A stretch of 15,069 bases of DNA, taken from the NCBI RefSeq assembly GCF_006345805.1, contig NW_021825602.1:1-15069 (forward strand), given 5' to 3'. A program made the position numbers and the translations under genes. The DNA is from Octopus sinensis. Its lineage: Eukaryota. How positions within the stretch are numbered: the first letter of the stretch is position 1; each line of letters begins with the position of its first letter. Shown piece by piece: positions 8,169 to 15,069 of this stretch. The notes beneath the pieces are model-generated. The model was not told the DNA's origin, did not search any database, and worked only from the letters and a program-made list of their open reading frames with translations.

Positions 8169-8516
8169 AATGTAAATATATGTTTGTATATGTATGCATA
8201 TATGTCAGTTTTCTGTAACATAACAGAATACGGTGTTCCCTGAGGATCCGTTGTAGCGACGCATTCAATTAGAAATAGCAGTCAGATGTACCTTAAATCA
8301 CAGTCTTCTGTTTCACAATAAACGAAGGCACTTTAGAGGATGTATTCGCAGCTAGTTTTAAAATCAAATAAAATAAAACGAGAGGCTCACCGCTGGAATG
8401 TCTTTTGTCATTGGCTTACTCCTTTAGGTATTACCTGGATCCAGGTAACAACAGCAAACACAAGAAGAACAACAACAACCACAACAACAACAGAATAATA
8501 ATACAAGAAACAAGGA

Positions 8517-8748
8517 AGGCGGCGAGCTGGCAGAAACGTTAGCACGTCGGGTGAGATGCGTAGCCGTATTTCATCTGCCGTTACGTTCTGAGTTCAAATT
8601 CCGCCGAGGTCGACTTTGTCTTTCATCCTTTCGGGGTCAATAAATTAAGTATCAGTTACGCACTGGGATCGATGTAATTGACTTAATACCTTTGTCTGTC
8701 CTTGTTTGTCCCCTCTGTGTTTAGCCCCTTGTGGGTAATAAAGAAATA
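8517..8748 (+). mobile_element. SINE family A1, full length with a 17-bp target-site duplication
   Basis: TSD AATACAAGAAACAAGGA at 8500-8516 and 8749-8765, A box TGGCAGAAACGT and B box GAGTTCAAATTCC. The central domain resembles, from memory, the Meta/MESC SINE domain (unverified). Confidence 0.96.
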
Positions 8749-8802
8749 AATACAAGAAACAAGGATCAATTTCTTTTGATTAGACATAATGATATTTAAG
8801 AA

Positions 8803-8900
8803 AAGACGTGTAAATGTTGGCTGCGTGGTACGAAGTCTATTTCCCACCCATATGGTCCCGGGTTCAGGCCCACTGCGTGACACTTTGGGCTAATGTCTTT
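8803..8900 (+). mobile_element. SINE family B head fragment, diverged
   Basis: TGGCTGCGTGGTA...GGTCCCGGGTTCAGGCCCACTGCGTGACACTTTGGGCTAATGTCTT aligns to the family B head. Confidence 0.75.
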
Positions 8901-9140
8901 TATATATGGAGAAAATATCCACCTAATCTATGGAGAAAGTGCTGATATAAGGAAGATTATTTGCTGTGGTTTAACAGTGACACTGTGACTTAGATTAAGT
9001 CAACCATGTTGTTGGTTATTTAGGGTCTTAGTAAACGGGGAAAGGTTTGAAATGACTGGACGCAGCAAAATATTGGATGAATTTATGTTCACAAACAACA
9101 CTTGTCATTTGTGTTATAGTTTTGGTTAAAGATATAAGGA

Positions 9141-9209
9141 TGGGTGGATCACATCGACCCTTGTTCACCACTGGTACTGTATTTTATCGACCGCAGAGGG
9201 ATGAAAGCA
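9141..9209 (-). mobile_element. SINE family A2 small fragment
   Basis: ACATCGACCC...CTGGTACT..TTTTATCGACC..AGAGGGATGAAAG. Confidence 0.6.
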
Positions 9210-9250
9210 CTCTGTTGCTTCTAATAAATTTTGATAATAATAATAATATA

Positions 9251-9466
9251 ATAACCCTATCAGGCACAAGGTCTGGAATTTTGTGGGGGGAGGGGTTAAG
9301 TCGATTACATGGACCTCCAGTGGACTGGTACTTAATTAATATCGACCCCGAAAGAATGAAAGGCAAAGTCGACCTCGGCGAAATTTGAACTCAGAACGTA
9401 AGGACCGTCGAAAAACTGCTAAGCATTTTGCTTAGCGCGCTAAGAATTCTGCCAGCTCACTGCCTT
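9251..9466 (-). mobile_element. SINE family A2 (full length)
   Basis: Colinear with 868-1080. Confidence 0.9.
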
Positions 9467-9467
9467 C

Positions 9468-9542
<75 letters not shown>

Positions 9543-9565
9543 TTAATAATAATAAGGATGATGAT
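9468..9565. repeat. (TAA)n microsatellite with short (GAT)n
   Basis: Read directly. Confidence 0.97.
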
Positions 9566-9750
9566 GATAATCCTTTTTAGTAAAGGTACAAGGCCTGAAA
9601 TTTGGTGAATGGAGACTAATCAATTACATCGACTCCGAAATGACAAAAGGCAAAGTCAACCTTGGCGGAATTTGAACTCAGAACGTAGAGACGGACGAAA
9701 TGCCGCTAAGCATGATTCCTGGCGTGCTAACGATTCTGCCAGCTCGCCGC
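9566..9750 (-). mobile_element. SINE family A2 with a ~31-nt internal deletion
   Basis: Colinear with 868-1080 but lacks the segment between the two ATCGAC repeats. Confidence 0.88.
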
Positions 9751-10112
9751 AAGAGCATTCAGAGAGGGAAAACCTCCGCCAAGGCAACACCAACATCAAC
9801 GAGTAGCCAGAGATGATTTTTAAAAGAGAATATCTGAAATAAACTCGACTGCTCTCACAAACGAGGATACTAAAAATGAACCTGGTCGCTCTCAAAAATT
9901 AAGTATAAAAAACCCGGAAAAATAATCCAGAATCCTTGTTCGGTACTAGATCGATCCCAAACTCTAATCAGTTTGTGTCAGTCCCGAGGCCAAACATCCC
10001 TGAAAGTTTCATCCGATTCCATCCAGCGCGATTCTTGAGATATCTTGTCCACAGACAAACAAACAAACGCAACTGTAAACAATACCTCTGCCTTCGCTAA
10101 GGCGGGGGGTAA
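9751..10112. mobile_element. Helentron-associated non-autonomous element (HINE/DINE-1-like)
   Basis: Subterminal ACCTCCGCC (9772-9780) is complementary to GGCGGGGGGT at the right end. Terminal hairpin TACCTCTGCCTT-CGCT-AAGGCGGGGGGTA (10083-10111) and subterminal (CAAA)n (10055-10068). This architecture is typical of HINEs. Confidence 0.68.
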
Positions 10113-10186
10113 GAATCCTTTCTACTTTAGGTATAAGGCCCGAAATTTTGGAGAAGGGGCAAATCGATTACATCGAACCCCAGTGC
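10113..10186 (-). mobile_element. SINE family A2, 3' end only
   Basis: AATCCTTTCTACTTTAGGTATAAGGCCCGAAATTTTGGAGAAGGGG...ACATCGAACCCCAGTG. Confidence 0.78.
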
Positions 10187-10272
10187 TCATATATATATAT
10201 ATATATGTGTGTGTGTGCGTATACTCATGTTCTGAGTTTTGTTCTTCCTGTTTGGATCACGAAACCCATAAA

Positions 10273-10505
10273 TATGTGTGTATGAGTTGCCCCCGCCACT
10301 ACCGCTTGAAAACCGGTATTGGTGTGTTTACGTCTCCTTTAACTTCACGGTTCGGTAAAAAAAACCGATGGAATAGGTACCAGGTTTGGAAAAAGGAAAG
10401 AGAGAAAAGAAAATAGTTTTGAGGTTGATTCGTTTGAGTAAAAAATTCATTCGAGGCGGTGCTCCAGCATGGCCGCAGTTTAATGACTGAAACGAGTATA
10501 AAAGA
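10273..10505 (+). mobile_element. SINE family B, 3' half only, diverged
   Basis: ACCGCTTGAAAACCGGTATTGGTGTGTTTACGTC...GGCGGTGCTCCAGCATGGCCGCAGTTTAATGACTGAAACGAGTATAAAAGA. Confidence 0.82.
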
Positions 10506-10790
10506 TCATCATCATCATCATCAACAACAATGAACAAACAATATTTACAACAACAATAACAGTCTGATGATAAAGAGGTGGAGGAGGAGGGAGATTAGGA
10601 TGGTGATCATGATGATAATGATGACGATGATGATGACGATGATGATGATAGAGATGTGGAGGAGGAGGGATATGTGGATGGTGATGATGATGATAATGAT
10701 GACGATGATAAGGAGATGGAAGAGGAGGATGGAGATGAGGCTGATGATTATCATCATCATCACCAACATCAACAACAGCATAATAATACC
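10506..10790. repeat. Trinucleotide block (CAT/CAA/GAT/GAG) with three higher-order units
   Basis: Read directly. GATGATA...G(T/A)GGAGGAGGAGGG...GGATGG recurs near 10566, 10645 and 10704. Confidence 0.85.
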
Positions 10791-11194
10791 AGAGCGCTTA
10801 AAATACATGGTGTTTGTTTTCTCTTTTTTTGTTTTGTTTTGTATTAATTTTCCGCATTTCCAAAAACAGCGGAAACAGAAAAAATATAATTAAAAGAAAA
10901 ACGCTGACAACAACAACAACACAAACAGTGAAATAAACAAATAAATAAAAGTAAAAAAAAAAAGGGGGTTAAAAGACGATGTTAGTAATAAGGGGGCGAA
11001 GTGGGTGGGGAGAAGAGGGACGAGTGCCCCACGGCAATGGAATCTCTGGTAGACTAATAAGGGGGGCGGGGTTTATTGTTTAGTTTCAGTCGGGTGATAG
11101 ACTTTTATGGGGTTTAGCGGGAGAAGATGGAAACAAGTGTTCGAGTCGGGGTCGCTCTTTGTTTCACGTTTGAATTTTTTGGGGTTTTGTGTCA

Positions 11195-11715
11195 TTTTCG
11201 ATGTGTGCGAGCGTGTGTGTGTGTGTTTGTGTGTCTGTTTGTGTCTGTTTGTGTCTGTTTGTGTGTGTTTGTGTGTGTGTATGTGTTTGTGTGTGTGTTT
11301 GTGTCTGTTTGTGTAGTGTTTCTGTGTGTGTTTGTTTATGTGTGTGTATGTGTGTGTGTGTTTGTGTGTTTGTTTGTGTAGTGTGTGTATTTGTGTATGT
11401 GTGTGTTTGTGTGTTTGTTTGTGTGTGTTTGTGTGTGTGTATGTGTTTGTGTGTGTGTGTTTGTGTGTGTATGTGTTTGTTTGTGTGTGTATGTGTTTGT
11501 TTGTGTGTGTGTGTTTGTGTGTGTGTGTTTGTGTGTTTGTTTATGTGTCTGTGTTTGCGTGCGTGCTTGTGTATATATATGCGCGCGCGTGCATTTGTGT
11601 GTGTTTTTTCTGTATGTGTGTGTGCATTTGAGTGTTTGTCTGCATGTGTGCGCGTGTGTGTGCGTGTGTGCGTGCATGTGTATTTGTGTGTATTTGCGTG
11701 CGCGCGCGTGTGTAT
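11195..11715. repeat. Long imperfect (GT)n/(GTTT)n satellite
   Basis: Read directly. It produces the V/C and H/T ORFs. Confidence 0.97.
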
Positions 11716-11876
11716 GCCGAGAGAAAAAGAGTGAGGGAGAGAATATAGAAAATGGTCCAACCCCGCCGCGTGGCATCTTGGTTAAATGTCTTCTGCTGAA
11801 GACTTGCGCTGACCAAGATTTTTCGATTGGAATTGGTACAGGGAGACTGAGTAGAAGCCCTTTATATGTATTTTTT

Positions 11877-12244
11877 TATTCTTTTACTTGTTTCAGTCAT
11901 TTGACTGGGGCCATGCTGGAGCAACACGTTTAGTCGAGCAAGTCGACCCCAGGACTTATTCTTTGTAAGTTTAGTTCTTATTCTATCGGTCTCTTTTGCC
12001 GAACCACTAAGTCACGGGGACGTAAACACACCAGCATAGTTGTCAAACGATGTTGGGTGGGGGACAAACACAGACACACAAACATATACTTATATATACA
12101 TATATACGACGGAAGTTTTTCAGTTTCCGTCTACCAAATCCACTCACAAGGCATTGGTCGGCCCGAGGTTATAGTAGAAGACACCTGCCCAAGGTGCCAC
12201 GCAGTGGGACTGAACCCAGAGCCATGTAGTTGGTAAGCAAGCTT
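11877..12244 (-). mobile_element. SINE family B, lacking ~25 nt of head
   Basis: Colinear with 1127-1489 and includes the segment deleted there. Confidence 0.92.
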
Positions 12245-12334
12245 TGAATTTCTACATATTTAACAAGAGGAATTGTAAATCAGAAAACAACAAACAAAAC
12301 AAAAACAAAAATAAACGAAAAGCAAATTTTCCTG

Positions 12335-12387
12335 TCTTTAACTTGTTTCAGTTATTGGGCTGCGGCCATGTTGGTGCTTCACCTTTA
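12335..12387 (-). mobile_element. Isolated family-B-type 3' tail
   Basis: Minus strand AAAGGTGAAGCACCAACATGGCCGCAGCCCAATAACTGAAACAAGTTAAAGA resembles the family B tail. Confidence 0.75.
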
Positions 12388-12414
12388 AAATGAGATGTTT
12401 GGGTTTAACCAAGC

Positions 12415-12472
12415 TCCCTAAGCGGTCACCCATCTAAGTACTAACTTGGCTTGACGTTGCTTAATTCGGTGA
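12415..12472 (-). pseudogene. 5S rRNA-derived fragment spanning the internal control region
   Basis: Minus strand TCACCGAATTAAGCAACGTCAAGCCAAGTTAGTACTTAGATGGGTGACCGCTTAGGGA matches the conserved metazoan 5S segment (approx. nt 43-102: box A, IE, box C) with several substitutions. Both 5S ends are missing. Confidence 0.85.
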
Positions 12473-12484
12473 CAATATGTAGAA

Positions 12485-12880
12485 CTAACAGTATCGCCCG
12501 GCGTTGCTCGGTTTTGTTTCGACCCTTTAGAATTGGAATTTTTGAAAAGTAAAAATTTTGCATTATGTAGCTTGTTATTCTCTTTAAGTGAACATTTTTC
12601 TCGTTGAAATACACTGAAAAATGGCGACACAGCAGTAAAAAAATCGTAAAAAATAGGGATTTTCATAGAAAAAAAAGCACCTTTTTGATGTAAATAATTT
12701 TTGGTGTTAACATGGTCCGATTTGACTTTTTTCATCTACGAAAGGAAGAGCAAGCCTTCTTCTATCATACTCTCAATTTTGGTCAACTTGTACTGCAGGG
12801 TCTCGGAGGGGAAGTGTTAGTTGAAGGCTACCAAACCTGCCACACGCACACAGACAACTTCAGCTTTATATAGAGAGAGA
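12485..12880 (-). mobile_element. Non-autonomous Helitron, copy 2 (complete, 396 bp)
   Basis: Minus strand A|TC start at 12880 (TCTCTCTCTATATAAAGCTGAAGTTGTC), 3' hairpin at 12512-12497, TTAG|T end at 12485 (CTAG variant), AT target and no TSD. Confidence 0.85.
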
Positions 12881-13096
12881 TTACCTCCTCGAGTCATGCC
12901 GCTCTATAATATTCCCTCAACTGGACGGGACGCCGGTGCTTGGCAAGATGAAATCGTTTTCGCCAGCTGAGTGGACTGCAGCAACGAGGAATGACGGGTG
13001 TTGCTCAAGAATACAATGTATCTCCCGGTCCAGGAATTGAAACCGCAATATTCCGATCATGTGTCCAACAGCCTCACCACTAAGCCACGCACCTCC
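12881..13096 (-). mobile_element. tRNA-derived CORE-like SINE (C/D-related head, distinct tail)
   Basis: Minus strand GGAGGTGCGTGGCTTAGTGG (A box), GGTTTCAATTCC (B-box-like), TTGTATTCTTGAGCAACAC (CORE-like) and GTTGCTGCAGTCCACTCAGCTGG. Confidence 0.8.
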
Positions 13097-13224
13097 ATTT
13101 TTTCGGTGAGTGGATCAAAAGCCATGCTTCCAACGTGACGGGATCGGGGTTTTTTCTCCCACCTTCGTTCCTCGCAATCGCTGGGAACTTTTTAATTCTG
13201 ACATTTGTTGTAAATGCACGCGCT

Positions 13225-13715
13225 CACACATTAACACACACAATGGCACTCACACACACGCATACACATACATACGTACATACATATACATACATACACG
13301 GAAACATACACACACACATTTATACACACACATACATGCATACATTGCATACATACACACATACATATATACACACTCTCATACATGCATACATATATGC
13401 ATACATACACACATATATATACACACGCACTCACATACATATATACACACACGCATAAATACACACGTACGTACGTATACATACGTACATCTATACATAT
13501 ACACACGCATATGTACACACATATATACATACACACACATACATAGTACATACACACATATTTACATACACATACATACACATGTGCACATATACACACA
13601 TATATACACACGTGCACATATACACACATACATACACACGTGCACATATACACACATACATACCTACCTAACTACACACACATACATACACACGCATACA
13701 TACATGCATGCACAC
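13225..13715. repeat. Long imperfect (CA/TA)n satellite
   Basis: Read directly. It produces the 213-aa H/T/Y ORF. Confidence 0.97.
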
Positions 13716-13721
13716 CTGAGC

Positions 13722-14032
13722 TGTCACTCCGTCGGTTACGACGACGAGTGAATCTGTTAATCCAATCAACGGAACAGCCTGCTCATGAAATTACTGTGCA
13801 AGTGGCTGAGCACTCCACAGACACGCATACAGACGTAGTTCACAGGAAGATTCAGCGTGAGATACTGAGACAAGGTAGGCCCATTAGATTACAAGTACAA
13901 CCTGTTTTTGATAGCCGAGGGGACTGGAGCAATAAAGTGCTTTGCAAGGCCACAATGCGCCCGAGAATCGAACTCGTGACCTTACAATTGTGAGCCGGAC
14001 ACCCTAACCACTAAGCCACCATTCTTCGCTCC
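13722..14032 (-). mobile_element. tRNA-derived SINE, family C variant
   Basis: Minus strand GTGGCTTAGTGGTTAGGG (A box) and GAGTTCGATTCTC (B box). The 3' region GTGTCTGTGGAGTGCTCAGCCACTT...CGTCGTCGTAACCGACGGAGTG is shared with 3860-4247. Confidence 0.85.
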
Positions 14033-14049
14033 CCCCCCCGCATATTCTC

Positions 14050-14255
14050 ATATTGTTGATGTCATAAGAAACATTGAGAGAATGTGGAAAAATTTCTTGG
14101 GGGATGGTGACACTTGAAGCAGATAAAGCTATAAATAACAGTGTGTAAATATTGGGTTTAAAAGCTCTTTAGATGAAAAAACCCCAAAGGCTGCACGTTC
14201 GACTCGAACCCACATCTTCTGTAAACGTGATAAACGCATTTACCTATCCCTCATC
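14050..14255 (-). mobile_element. Old tRNA-derived element, family E, copy X
   Basis: Minus strand TTACAGAAGATGTGGGTTCGAGTCGAACGTGCAGCCTTTGGGGTTTTTCATC aligns with plus 14408-14460. The left boundary is uncertain. Confidence 0.5.
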
Positions 14256-14372
14256 GAGTCTTTATTCTTCCCTACGATAATTGTACATTGTTGACGTCAT
14301 AGGAACCTTCCAGAGAATTGGAATAATTCTGTTTTGGAACGTCAATAAAAGCGGGTTGAGATAAATCGAAGA

Positions 14373-14567
14373 ATTGCTTTGGTGCAATGGTAGAACATCT
14401 GTCATGATTACAGCAGATGTCGGTTCGAGTCCCAGGGGCAGCCTTCGATGTTTTCTATCCAAATGGTTTGAAGATGCCTGGCAAGTGTTTTGATCTAAAA
14501 CCGTGGAAAACATTGCCGTTCTCTAGAAATAATATATTTCTAAATCACTCAGAGAAATTTATGCAGC
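14373..14567 (+). mobile_element. Old tRNA-derived element, family E, copy Y (decayed tRNA-like head 14373-14443)
   Basis: A box TGGTGCAATGG (14380-14390) and B box GGTTCGAGTCC (14422-14432). The acceptor stem pairs mostly through G-U wobbles, the T stem has two mismatches and there is no valid anticodon loop, so it is not a functional tRNA. Confidence 0.55.
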
Positions 14568-14947
14568 AACAGCGCGATAAAGCGATAGGATGTTGTCAAC
14601 TTATTGTGACAGTCCCATGAAATGGAAGAATGCTACTGTTATTTAGCCCTAGGAAACACCGTTTATTTTTGGACTTGACACTTTTCCTGTGTCCTAATGT
14701 TTTCAAAGGCATCGACAGCTATCAAGCCATGATACACCAGTCTGATGATGAGCAATGACTCTGAAACTAGTCTCTGGATGCTGGCTTTGCTGGGTGGGGA
14801 TGCTTGTCTGCACTTTGAAAACATAAGGACTCAGGAAATGCTTCAAGTCCAACAGGAAACGGTGTTTCCTAGGGCTAAATAACAGTAGCATTCTTCCCTT
14901 TTATGGGGACTTTCACATTGACAACACACTATCACTTTATTGCCGTT
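14568..14947. mobile_element. Foldback element with ~135-bp inverted arms and a hammerhead motif at the apex (probable Penelope-like derivative)
   Basis: Arms ~14568-14708 and ~14812-14947, including a perfect 41-bp inverted match (14624-14664 vs 14857-14897). Weaker complementarity continues inward to the ribozyme helix I. Confidence 0.8.
14737..14777 (+). ncRNA. Minimal type I hammerhead ribozyme motif (HHR-2)
   Basis: CCAGU CUGAUGA U GAG-CAAUGA-CUC U GAAA CUAG UC|UCUGG. Intact core, helix I CCAG/CUGG with a U.U first pair, 3-bp helix II, palindromic ACUAGU helix III and a GUC triplet with predicted cut after 14772. Confidence 0.65.
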
Positions 14948-15069
14948 CTATGTTTGGACGAAACTCGTCTCATATTGATCGCCGCTCTTCTCCCTCCATC
15001 GCAGAAAATGCAAACAGAAAACAAACTTAACTTTGCGATGTGTGTGTATGAGAAAGAGAGAGAGAGAGA

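Noticed and set aside
8230-8430. Possible diverged interspersed repeat
   Set aside because: No second copy or diagnostic ends within the window, so it needs a library search.
11107-11933. Multiple long V/C and H/T ORFs
   Set aside because: GT-satellite translations.
12415-12472. Functional 5S rRNA gene
   Set aside because: Only about half of the 120 nt is present, with substitutions in box C and no T-run terminator.
13110-13993. 213-aa, 140-aa and 117-aa ORFs
   Set aside because: CA/TA satellite and SINE antisense translations.
14373-14443. Possible functional tRNA
   Set aside because: T-stem mismatches, weak acceptor stem and no U33-type anticodon loop.
1-15069. CRISPR array or prokaryotic operon features
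   Set aside because: No regularly spaced repeats with unique spacers, and the sequence is clearly eukaryotic repeat-rich DNA.

Overview
Repeat-dominated eukaryotic DNA, most likely intronic or intergenic sequence from an octopus-like coleoid cephalopod (inferred from the SINE types, not proven). No protein-coding gene is supported, and nearly all listed ORFs are microsatellite or SINE artefacts. About 20 tRNA-derived SINE copies or fragments from several families are visible, along with two non-autonomous Helitrons, one Helentron-type element (HINE), a 139-bp foldback, a 5S rRNA-derived fragment joined to a SINE-type 3' tail, and long microsatellites. The most interesting signal is three minimal type I hammerhead ribozyme motifs in three unrelated short elements (4323-4370 minus, 7821-7860 minus, 14737-14777 plus). 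All have a short, self-complementary helix III and a non-canonical pair at the base of helix II. Two lie inside long inverted repeats, consistent with non-autonomous Penelope-like elements. Two unique, relatively GC-rich islands (3211-3845, 7290-7660) remain unexplained.
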